Origin: Pseudomonadota bacterium
GTDB taxonomy: Bacteria > Myxococcota > JACRCW01 > JAFGSX01
DNA length: 64,000 bases
Assembly: GCA_043821645.1 (NCBI GenBank)
Contig: JBDRCO010000043.1
Location: 1-64,000 of the forward strand
Reading direction: 5' to 3'
The position numbers were made by a program, and so were the translations under genes. The notes beneath the pieces were generated by a model that did not search any database, was not told where the DNA came from, and was given only the letters and a program-made list of their open reading frames with translations. Each line of letters opens with the position of its first letter. The first letter of the stretch is position 1. Below are positions 50,216-59,928 of this stretch, piece by piece.

Positions 50216-53212
50216 ATGGCCAAGGTCGACGTTCTCGAAGCCAAAATCCACGCCATAGGCGCCGAGCTGTTCGCGGCCACCAAGGGCACCCAGCCCTCGA
50301 TCTTCGACAAGGGTTTCTGGAACGGGAAGATCATCGACTACTGCATGGCCCACGAGGCCTTCAAGGTCGAGATGTTCCGCTTCGTCGACGTCATGCCCAT
50401 GCTACGCGACGCCGACAACCTGGCCCGCCACGTCAAGGAGTACTTCACCCGCCAGGGGCTGGAGCTTCCGGCGCCGGTCAAGACCGCCGTGCTCGGCGCC
50501 ACCGCCTTCGGCGGGCTGGGCGCGCGCATGGCCGCGGGCACCATCGAGAAAAACGTGCTCGACATGGCCCGACGCTTCGTCGTCGGTTCGTCGCCGACCG
50601 AGGCCCTGCCGGCGCTGAAGAAGCTGCGCGACGACAACATCACCTTCACCGTGGATCTGCTGGGCGAGGCCACGGTGAGCGAGGAGGAGAGCGAGGCCTA
50701 CCAGAAGCGCTACCTCGAGGTCATCGACGTGCTCACGGCCGAGAAGGACCGCTGGCGCGACAACGACATCCTCGACCGCGGCCCCGACGGCCCGCTGCCC
50801 AAGGTCAACGTGTCCATCAAGGTCAGCGCCCTGTACTCGCAGATGGACTCCCTGGCTCACGACGCCAGCCTCGCCGCCCTCAAGCAGCGGCTGCGCCCCA
50901 TCCTGCTGCGGGCGCGAGAGACCGGCGCCTTCGTCAACCTCGACCTCGAGCAGTACGCCCTCAAGGACCTGACCTTCGACCTGTTCATGCAGCTCGTCGA
51001 CGAGCCCGCCTTTGCCGATTACCCGCACTGGGGCGTGGTCATCCAGGCCTACCTTGTGGATTCCTTTGCCGACGCCGAGCGCCTGATCAAGTGGGCCAAG
51101 AAGCGCAAGGTCCCGACCACGGTGCGCCTGGTCAAGGGCGCCTACTGGGAGTCCGAGACCATCTGGGCCCGGCAGCGCGGCCACGCGGCCCCGGTGTTCA
51201 CCCGCAAGCAGGACACCGACGCCAACTACGAGCGGGTGACCCGCTTGCTGCTGGACGCCTACCCGACCATCCGCCTGGCCGTGGCCAGCCACAACATTCG
51301 CTCCATCGCCCACGCCATCGCCTACACCCGCGAGCGGGGCCTTCCCGACAGCGCTCTCGAGCTGCAATCGCTCATTGGCATGGCCGAGCCCATCCGTGCC
51401 GGCACGGTGAAGATGGGCCTGCGACAGCGCGTGTACGCGCCCGTGGGCGAGCTGCTGCCCGGCATGGCCTACTTCGTGCGCCGCCTGCTCGAGAACACCT
51501 CGAACGAGGGTTTCATGCGGCAGAGCTTCGTCGAGGGTGCCTCGATGGACGAACTGCTGCGAGCGCCCCAGGCGAGCGCGCCCGTCGTCGAGGGCACGAA
51601 CAAGAAGGCCGCCTCCGAGATCCCGCCCTTTCGCAACGAGACGCCCACGGGCTGGGCCAGCGCCGACAACCGCCAGCGCATGCTCAAGGCCCTTGAGAAG
51701 GCACAGAAGAACCTGGGCCGCGAGCTGCCCGTGGTCGTCGACGGCAAGGAGATCCGCACCGGCCAGCTGCACGACAGCCACAATCCCTCGCGCAGCGAGC
51801 AGGTGGTGGCCAGACAGCACCTGGCCCGCGGCGACGAGGCCGAGGCCGCGGTGAAGGCCGCGCGGGCCGGTTTTGCCGCCTGGCGCGATACCCCGGCCAC
51901 CGAGCGCGCCCAGGTGCTGCTGCGCGCGGCCCAGCTGATGCGCGAGCGACGCTTCGACCTCGACGCCCTGGTCGTGCTCGAAGCCGGCAAGACCTGGCGC
52001 GAGGCCGATGCCGACGTGGCCGAGGCCATCGACTACCTCGAGTACTACGCCCGCGAGGTGATCCGCCTGGGCACCGCGCGGCGCATGCAGCCCTACATGC
52101 CCGGCGAGGACAACCTGTACCTGTACGAGGCCCGGGGCGTGGCGGTGGTGCTCGGGCCCTTCAACTTCCCCCTGGCCCTGCTGTGCAACATGACCGCCGC
52201 CGCCCTGGGCGCGGGCAACACCGTCGTCATGAAGCCCTCGCGCGCCACACCGGCGGTGGGGTACGAGCTGTTCCGCATCCTGCGAGAAGCCAAGGCTCCC
52301 GCTGGCGCGCTTCACCACGTGCCCGGTACCGGCGCCGAGATCGGCCGCTTGCTGGTCGAGCATCGCGACGTGGATCTCATCGCCTTCACCGGTTCCACCG
52401 AGGCCGGGGTAGACATCCTGCAGCGCGCCGCCGTTCTGCAGCCCGGCCAGCAGCACATCAAGAGCGTGATCTGCGAGATGAGCGCCAAGAATGCGATCAT
52501 CGTCGACGACGACGCGGACCTCGACGAGGCCGTGCGCGCGGTGCTGGCCGCGGCCTTTGGCTACGCCGGCCAGAAGTGCTCGGCCTGCTCCCGTGCCGTG
52601 GTCCTGGACAAGGTGTACGAGGCCTTCGCCGGCCGCCTGATCGAGGCCACGCGCTCCTTGCAGGTGGGCGAGGCCACGGATCCCGCCACCATCATCCCCC
52701 CCGTCATCGACGCCGACGCCCGGCAGCGCGTGCTGGACCTTGTGCGCGTCGGACGCGACGAGGCCACGGTGTTGCTCGAGGTCGAGCCCCCGCCGGGAGG
52801 CTGCTTCGTGGGACCCGTGATCTTCGGTGAGGTGCCCAGGCAGGCGCGCATCGCCCAGGAGGAGATCTTTGGCCCCGTGCTCTGCATGCAGCGCGCCCGC
52901 GACTTCGACGAGGCCCTGGCCATCGCCATGGACAGCCGCTACGCACTGACCGGCGGACTGTTCTCGCGCAGCCCGGCGCACATCGAGCAGGCCAGGCGCG
53001 AGTTTCGCGTCGGCAACCTGTACATCAACCGCAGCATCACCGGCAGCACCGTCGAGCGGCACCCCTATGGTGGCCTGCGCCTGTCTGGCATGGGCAGCAA
53101 GTCTGGCGGTCCGGACTACCTCAGGCAGTTCATGCACGCGCGTTCGATCGCCGAGAACTCCATGCGCCGAGGCTTCGCACCGGAAGCGGAGGCCGAGGCC
53201 GGCGACAGCTGA
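50216..53212 (+). CDS. putA: Bifunctional proline dehydrogenase / glutamate-semialdehyde (P5C) dehydrogenase
   Basis: FRFVDV, DLLGE, RLVKGAYWE, ASHN, AYFVRRLLENTSNEGF, FTGS, AGQKCSACSR, EEIFGPV, GNLYINR. No RHH DNA-binding domain. Confidence 0.95.
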   Translation: MAKVDVLEAKIHAIGAELFAATKGTQPSIFDKGFWNGKIIDYCMAHEAFKVEMFRFVDVMPMLRDADNLARHVKEYFTRQGLELPAPVKTAVLGATAFGGLGARMAAGTIEKNVLDMARRFVVGSSPTEALPALKKLRDDNITFTVDLLGEATVSEEESEAYQKRYLEVIDVLTAEKDRWRDNDILDRGPDGPLPKVNVSIKVSALYSQMDSLAHDASLAALKQRLRPILLRARETGAFVNLDLEQYALKDLTFDLFMQLVDEPAFADYPHWGVVIQAYLVDSFADAERLIKWAKKRKVPTTVRLVKGAYWESETIWARQRGHAAPVFTRKQDTDANYERVTRLLLDAYPTIRLAVASHNIRSIAHAIAYTRERGLPDSALELQSLIGMAEPIRAGTVKMGLRQRVYAPVGELLPGMAYFVRRLLENTSNEGFMRQSFVEGASMDELLRAPQASAPVVEGTNKKAASEIPPFRNETPTGWASADNRQRMLKALEKAQKNLGRELPVVVDGKEIRTGQLHDSHNPSRSEQVVARQHLARGDEAEAAVKAARAGFAAWRDTPATERAQVLLRAAQLMRERRFDLDALVVLEAGKTWREADADVAEAIDYLEYYAREVIRLGTARRMQPYMPGEDNLYLYEARGVAVVLGPFNFPLALLCNMTAAALGAGNTVVMKPSRATPAVGYELFRILREAKAPAGALHHVPGTGAEIGRLLVEHRDVDLIAFTGSTEAGVDILQRAAVLQPGQQHIKSVICEMSAKNAIIVDDDADLDEAVRAVLAAAFGYAGQKCSACSRAVVLDKVYEAFAGRLIEATRSLQVGEATDPATIIPPVIDADARQRVLDLVRVGRDEATVLLEVEPPPGGCFVGPVIFGEVPRQARIAQEEIFGPVLCMQRARDFDEALAIAMDSRYALTGGLFSRSPAHIEQARREFRVGNLYINRSITGSTVERHPYGGLRLSGMGSKSGGPDYLRQFMHARSIAENSMRRGFAPEAEAEAGDS

Positions 53213-53253
53213 ACGCAGCCGGGCGTCAGGTCACGACGCGCGGCCCCACGCCT

Positions 53254-54402
53254 TCACCACACCACACTACCTCGAAGCCACACCAGGTGCAGGTCGGTGT
53301 CGTACCAGGCGCTGTTGGACCACTGCCGCGTGTAGGCATATTCCACCCGGCCATCCAGCGCCGGGATCCACGGGCTGGCCTCGTCGTCGGGAGCCCAGCC
53401 CAGGCCCAGACTCGCGCGCGGGGTGAGTCTCAGGTCGTGGCGGTCCTGGCCCGTGCTGGCCCCGGCGGCATCGAGGGCCACCCAGCCATCGTAGGCACGC
53501 TCCTCGACGTCGACGGCGAGCTCGAGGACCCCGTCGAGGGGCAGCAGCAGCTTGAACACGGCGCCGCCGCGGTGACCAGAGTAAAAGAACTCGTCCCCGA
53601 GGAAGGAGAACTGCGACTCGCTCAGCTTGCGTGTGAGCAGACCACTGGGGCCAATGGCCCAGCGATAGCTGTAGTCGAGCTGCAGGCCCGCGCTGTCCCA
53701 CAGGCCCTGCCCCAGGTGAACACCGGCCTCCAGCTGCTGATCCAGGGGATCCCTGGCCGCCGCCGGACGCGGGTACCAGCGCAAGCCGTAGCGCAGGCGC
53801 GGAGACAGGGTGCTGCGCGTGGGCAAGGTCCAGGCCAGTCCCGTGCCGAGCCAGGTATCCACCGAATCCGAGGGGGTGTCGTCATAGAACCAGCGGTAGG
53901 CAGCCTCGACGCTGCCGTGCACCCGGAGTCCCAACAGCGGTTCGATCGCGAGCCGCGCCCTGGCAGCCGGGCGAACGACATTGAGCACGGCGAAGCTGTC
54001 GTCGTTGCGCAGGGTGTCGACGGTGGCCTCGAGCACCAGCTCGTTTTCACCGTCGTCGCCCCAGGCCGGGTTGGCGAAGAGGTAGAGCTGGTGCTGGTGC
54101 GACAGCAGCTCGGGATGCAACATGTACGCGTGCAGGTCCCCGGCATAACCCGCGGACCAGATGTCCGCGAAGTCCATCCCCAGGTCGACGCTCGGCCATA
54201 GCAGCAGGTCGCCTTCCCGGGATCCGTCCTGGTACACATTGCTGGTGTAGACACTTCCCAGGGCCAGCTCTGCGCGAGGCCCCTCGGCGCGGAGCCCGGG
54301 GCCAAGCCAGAGCAGCGCGAGGGCAAGGACAGGCCCAGGGCGCAGCGTGCGTTCAGTTCGAACCTTTGCCCTGCGAATCGTTCTTGCCCTTGTCGCCGCC
54401 AC
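53254..54402 (-). CDS. Outer-membrane beta-barrel protein (DUF560/BBP2-like, uncertain)
   Basis: Signal-like VLALALLWLGPGLRA, YTSN start motif, amphipathic Tyr/Trp-rich strands, C-terminal YTRQWSN...Y...W. Start is uncertain (GTG 54402 or CTG 54345). Confidence 0.7.
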   Translation of the reverse strand: MAATRARTIRRAKVRTERTLRPGPVLALALLWLGPGLRAEGPRAELALGSVYTSNVYQDGSREGDLLLWPSVDLGMDFADIWSAGYAGDLHAYMLHPELLSHQHQLYLFANPAWGDDGENELVLEATVDTLRNDDSFAVLNVVRPAARARLAIEPLLGLRVHGSVEAAYRWFYDDTPSDSVDTWLGTGLAWTLPTRSTLSPRLRYGLRWYPRPAAARDPLDQQLEAGVHLGQGLWDSAGLQLDYSYRWAIGPSGLLTRKLSESQFSFLGDEFFYSGHRGGAVFKLLLPLDGVLELAVDVEERAYDGWVALDAAGASTGQDRHDLRLTPRASLGLGWAPDDEASPWIPALDGRVEYAYTRQWSNSAWYDTDLHLVWLRGSVVW

Positions 54403-54667
54403 CCGGACCCTCGTGCTTGCGGATGCGCCGTTGATCGTCGCCGCGCTTGCGGTCCCGGTGACGTCGCCGGAAGCGATGTTCCTTGCCGTCCTGGATGCCA
54501 TCGCCATCGCGATCGACGAAGGGTTCTTTTTTGTCCGCATCGCCGTCCTGGTCCTTGCGCTGCTGGGGAGGGGCGGGCTGGCTGCTCGGTGGCGAGGGCT
54601 CGGCGCGCAGGGGGCCGGTCTCGATCAGGAGTCCCACACCGATCACGAGGAGCAGCTTGCGCAGCAC
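54353..54667 (-). CDS. Small secreted protein with FVDRDGDGIQD loop and basic tail
   Basis: GAGGAG RBS before GTG 54667, signal peptide, DxDxDG motif. Confidence 0.72.
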   Translation of the reverse strand: MLRKLLLVIGVGLLIETGPLRAEPSPPSSQPAPPQQRKDQDGDADKKEPFVDRDGDGIQDGKEHRFRRRHRDRKRGDDQRRIRKHEGPGGGDKGKNDSQGKGSN

Positions 54668-54707
54668 GACATCTCCTCATCAGCCCAGGCCACAGGGGTG
54701 CCGCCGG

Positions 54708-55424
54708 CTAGCGACCGCGACCGCGGGTCGAACCCGGGCTGGTGGTTCCCTGGTAATTATCGCACACGCCATCGCCATCGCCATCGACGAAGCCCAGGCC
54801 GTGTCCTGCCCCGCCGCCAGGGCCGCGGGATGTTCCCTGCATCCTGCCCGCACGCAATGCCTGGCGATGCTGGCCGCGCTTCATGGCGCCGTTTCGCTCG
54901 CCCTTGCCGCCCTGTGACTCCAGCGTGCCTCGCGCGTGGTCGTTGACACCATCCTCGTTGCGATCGCTGTAGGCCTTGCTGCGACCCTGCGCCTGCGAGC
55001 CCTTGCCGTTGTGCGAACCGTCGCGGAGCTGGGTTTGCGTCCGGGTCTGAGTACGCTGTTGCACCTGGGCACCCTGCGCGGTCTGCTCGCCGTCGCGAAG
55101 CTGGCTGCGGGTCTGGGTCTGGGTGCGGGTCTGGGTCTGGGTGCGGGTCTGGGTCTGGGTGCGCTGTTGCACCTGGGCACCCTGCGCGGTGTGCTCGCCG
55201 TCGCGAAGCTGGCTGCGGGTCTGGGTCTGGCTGCGCTGTTGCACCTGTGTCCCCTGAGGCTCCTGGTTCTGCGCCTGGCTCTCGTCCTGAGCCTGCTCAC
55301 TGCTCGTGGCCGACGCCTGCTGCTCGTGCCCCGCGGGTGCCGAGCTGGGCTCACTTGCGGCGCGCAGGGCGGGAGCCAGGGCCAGTGCTGCACAGGATGT
55401 CCAGATCATGAGTTGCGACGACAT
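54708..55424 (-). CDS. Secreted Q/T/R-rich repeat protein with C-terminal FVDGDGDGVCDN motif
   Basis: AAGGAGA RBS before ATG 55424, signal peptide (PALRA), three GxQVQQRxQT...QLRDG repeats, DRNEDG and DGDGDG loops. Confidence 0.78.
   Translation of the reverse strand: MSSQLMIWTSCAALALAPALRAASEPSSAPAGHEQQASATSSEQAQDESQAQNQEPQGTQVQQRSQTQTRSQLRDGEHTAQGAQVQQRTQTQTRTQTQTRTQTQTRSQLRDGEQTAQGAQVQQRTQTRTQTQLRDGSHNGKGSQAQGRSKAYSDRNEDGVNDHARGTLESQGGKGERNGAMKRGQHRQALRAGRMQGTSRGPGGGAGHGLGFVDGDGDGVCDNYQGTTSPGSTRGRGR
55054..55230. repeat. 69-bp direct repeat x2 (1 mismatch, offset 108 bp) with a nested 18-bp tandem unit (GTGCGGGTCTGGGTCTGG, about 3 copies)
   Basis: Copies at 55054-55122 and 55162-55230, with partial further copies on both sides. 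Encodes the QVQQR/TQTQTR/QLRDG repeats. Confidence 0.9.
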
Positions 55425-55484
55425 GGTCTCTCCTTCTGTCGCGGGTCTTGTTTCCCGCTTCCCCCGTGGTCTGGGCACTGAGAG

Positions 55485-55500
55485 AGCACGAATCAGGCCA
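55485..55500 (-). promoter_or_regulatory. Sigma54 (-24/-12) promoter for the secreted-protein/barrel operon
   Basis: Minus strand TGGCCTGATTCGTGCT (GG-N10-GC), with an AT-rich tract at 55508-55546 just upstream. Confidence 0.65.
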
Positions 55501-55572
55501 TGCGGAGAAAACATGCAAAATACCGTAATTATTAATGTTATTAATACTCGCCGACACGCCGGGGTGGCCATC

Positions 55573-55611
55573 TCGACGTCTTGGTCGAACCATCCTCGAC
55601 CTGAGCGTCGA
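55573..55611. promoter_or_regulatory. Paired palindromic enhancer-like sites TCGAC-N6-GTCGA
   Basis: TCGACGTCTTGGTCGA (55573-55588) and TCGACCTGAGCGTCGA (55596-55611), about 75-110 bp upstream of the -24 element. Confidence 0.6.
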
Positions 55612-55619
55612 CGACACAC

Positions 55620-56995
<1,376 letters not shown>

Positions 56996-56999
<4 letters not shown>

Positions 57000-58621
57000 G
57001 GCAACCTCGTTGTGGCTGGAATTCGCACCTCGACCGTGGTGCCATCCCCCGCGCTGGATCGGAGCTGGAGGTCCCCTCCGTGGGCCTCGACCAGACGGCG
57101 CACGATGGGCAGGCCCAGCCCCGTGCCCCTGGCCTTGGTGGTCACGAAGGGCTGCTGCACCCGGGCCAGAGTCTCGCCGTCCATGCCGGGACCATTGTCC
57201 TCGATGTGCAGGCTCAGCGTACCGTCGGCGAGGACCGCGCGCAGCTTCACTTCACCGTGCGCGGGTACCGCGTCGAGAGCGTTGCCCACCAGGTTGGTCA
57301 GGATCTGGCCCAGGCGCTGGGTGTCAAGCACGACGCTGCCATCCGCTCCAAGGTCGACGGCCAGGCGCTTGTCCTCGACCTGGGCGCGCAATAGCAGCGG
57401 AGCCAGCACCTCGTCGAGCAGGGCCCGCAGGGGCACCTGTCGGCGCTCCAGTGTCAGCGGCTTGCCCAGCTCCAGGAACTCGCTCACCACCCTGTTGACG
57501 CGCTCGGACTCTCCCTGCAGCACGCCGAGCAGCTGCTCGAACTCGGCGCGCTCGGCCGCCGGTACCTCGAACTCCCGGCGCAGGCGCTGCCCGACCATGC
57601 CCAGAGTGTTGAGGGGATTGCGCAGCTCGTGGGCCACCGTCGCCGCCATCTCCCCGAGAACCTGCCAGTGCCGGGCCTGGTCCTCCCGCGCCTGCAGGGC
57701 GAGCTCCTGTCGTCGACGAGCCCGTTCGCGGCGCTCGAGCAGCGCCGTCACCCCCAGGGCGAGAAATACCAGCCCAACCAGCACCGCAAGCAAGACCCTT
57801 TGCTGCCGCGCCAGGTGCGCCCGCGCCTGCACCAGGGGTGTGGCGTCGATGCCGATGCGCAGCAGTGCCCGACTGTCGTCGGGGAGTGTGAAGGGCATCA
57901 GCCCCTCGAGGACCGGGGACTCGCCGGGTTGATGGCGAAGCTGTAGTTGCCTGCCGTGCAGCGCTGCGTCGAGCGCCGCGTCCTCGCTCCAACCCAACAG
58001 TGCGGGTGGCTGCCGCGATGAAGCCAGGATGCCCTCCTGGTCCTGCAGCACGACGTAGCGCACGCCGTCGCCTACCACGCTGTTGAGCAGCCTCGCCATC
58101 CCCGTTTCGCGGCGCAGGTCCTGCAGCTCCTGCAAGCTGCGGCACCCCAGGACCCTGCGATCGTCGTCCAGGGCGCGGGAGCAATACAGACTCGCAGCCG
58201 CCACCGCGCCGTCGTCGACCAGGACGCCCGGCGGTGCCTTCAGTACCTGTGCGCGCACGGCGGCAAAGCGAACGGCGTCGAGCACACCAGGATCCCCCCC
58301 GGCGTCGGCGGCGGACCACCACGCCACCAGGTCTTCTTCCTTTGCAACCGTGGCGCGCGTCGCGTGGTCACTGGCTCCCGCCAGGCGCCCGACCGCGTGC
58401 ACCAGCTGCTGCTCGCCCAGGTCCATCACCAGGTCCAAAGCCGTGGTGGCCTGGCGCGTTCCCTCAACCACCAGCCTCGCCACCGAGTTCGCGTGCTGGG
58501 CAAAGCCCAGCTCGAGCTGGTCCAGGCTGCGATCCATCTGGCGCAGCGCCACTCCACCCGCCACCGCGGCCACGGATACCGCGAGCAGGGGGAGCAGCCA
58601 GGCATACCGCGAGCTGGACAT
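56996..58621 (-). CDS. Membrane sensor histidine kinase (ZraS/AtoS-like)
   Basis: Two TMs flanking a large periplasmic domain, AHELRNPL, NLVGNALDA, DNGPG, FVTTK, GTGLGL. GTGA overlap with the regulator. Confidence 0.93.
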
Positions 58622-58700
58622 GTCAGCGCCTCACAACGAACCAGATGGCGATCACCGGAAAGGAGCGATGACCAGGCGTGGTTCGCGCTTGCTGTAACAA

Positions 58701-58717
58701 AAGCAGGGACAGTGCCA
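58701..58717 (-). promoter_or_regulatory. Sigma54 (-24/-12) promoter for the kinase-regulator operon
   Basis: Minus strand TGGCACTGTCCCTGCTT, a near-consensus TGGCAC-N5-(T/C)TGC. Confidence 0.75.
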
Positions 58718-58811
58718 GCTTCGCAAGCTGCCCTGCGCGGTCCGTCGACGAGCCGGAGCCCCGCTCGACAGCGTGTCTGCGAGCCCTGGAGTCGATACCT
58801 GTTTTGGTCCT

Positions 58812-58847
58812 TCGACGGTGTCGTCGCGCCTTCGACGTTTTTGTCGG
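58812..58847. promoter_or_regulatory. Paired palindromic enhancer-like sites CGAC-N6-GTCG
   Basis: TCGACGGTGTCGTCGC (58812-58827) and TCGACGTTTTTGTCGG (58832-58847), about 95-130 bp upstream of the -24 element. Same core as 55573-55611. Confidence 0.6.
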
Positions 58848-59009
58848 GTCGCGTCCACGCCATGGTGAGCTACCTCACGGCGCGCCCCAACTGTCATGGC
58901 CGCGGACGCCGTGAGGACCCGCGCCGGAGCTGGCCCGCCCTATGCTTCAGAGCGGCCGCAGCTCTGCGCGGTCACAGTCAGCGCAGTCGCCATGATGAAG
59001 GAGGTGTTC

Positions 59010-59885
59010 ATGCGGACATCGTCGGGAATTTTTTTGTCTCGGGCCGCCTGGCTGTGCACCACCGCGGTGCTCCTGGCGCCTCTCGCTGCGCGGGGCGAAG
59101 AGACGGACGCGCCGCTGCAGCTCGACGCCACAGCCGTCGATGCACCGGTCACCGCGAACAGTTCCGGGACGGTTGCCACGCCCCTTACCGCCGAGACCGA
59201 GGCCACTGTCAACCCGCGCTGGCATCAAGATCTTGGCATCGATCTGGCCTTGCGTCTGGACGCCTTCGTGACCCAGGGACAAACCTTCGCGGTGGACCTG
59301 GCCGACGGACACAGCGAGGGCTGGCACGGCGTCAATGGCGCCCTGGATATCGAGCTGGCCTACGCGCCTCCCCTGCCCTCTCCCTGGCGCATTGTTTCCG
59401 TCGCCCTGGGCGTGGGGTACACGCCCTTCATCGGCACCGGCCTGGCCTCGTGGCGCGCCTACACCCCCACCGGCGAGGGTGTGAGTCACCTCACCACGAC
59501 CTACCGCTACGACTGGGCCGTGCACCTGATCCCCATCTCCTTCGGGCTCCGCGTACAGCTCCCCCTCGAGACCTTCACGGGGCCGCTGCCGGTTCGCGTC
59601 GACACCGAAGCGGGCTTTGCCGGCGGCCTGGCCTTTGCCTCGTCGAGCCTGACCGTGGATGGCGCCGACGTCCCCTTTGCCCGCGATGTGGGGAGTTCGG
59701 ATTTCGGACTGGGCTACTACCTGGGCGCCGGCATCAGCGTTCCCGTACCACCCGCCCTGGGCAGCGTGGTCGTGAGCTACCGCTACAGCGCCGTGCGCCT
59801 GGACTTTCACCGCCCCGACTTCAACGCCACCTGGGGCGATCTCGGTGGCCACCACGGGATGGTGGGCTACCGGCTGGAGCTGTGA
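59010..59885 (+). CDS. Small outer-membrane beta-barrel protein (OmpA/OmpW-like)
   Basis: AAGGAGG RBS, signal peptide, about 8 amphipathic strands, C-terminal GYRLEL. Confidence 0.72.
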   Translation: MRTSSGIFLSRAAWLCTTAVLLAPLAARGEETDAPLQLDATAVDAPVTANSSGTVATPLTAETEATVNPRWHQDLGIDLALRLDAFVTQGQTFAVDLADGHSEGWHGVNGALDIELAYAPPLPSPWRIVSVALGVGYTPFIGTGLASWRAYTPTGEGVSHLTTTYRYDWAVHLIPISFGLRVQLPLETFTGPLPVRVDTEAGFAGGLAFASSSLTVDGADVPFARDVGSSDFGLGYYLGAGISVPVPPALGSVVVSYRYSAVRLDFHRPDFNATWGDLGGHHGMVGYRLEL

Positions 59886-59928
59886 CCGTGCACAGGCAAC
59901 TCGAGCAGTTCACGAGGAGGATTGCAGC

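Noticed and set aside
44394-53137. Long minus-strand ORFs (965, 918 and 911 aa)
   Set aside because: They lie antisense to clearly identified dctP, ligase, dctQM and putA genes; typical high-GC shadow ORFs.
55020-55250. Direct repeats considered as a CRISPR array
   Set aside because: The repeats are in-frame coding units with no unique spacers, and there are no cas genes in the window.
58679-58692. Plus-strand TGGTTCGCGCTTGC as a sigma54 promoter
   Set aside because: GG-to-GC spacing is 9 nt rather than the required 10.
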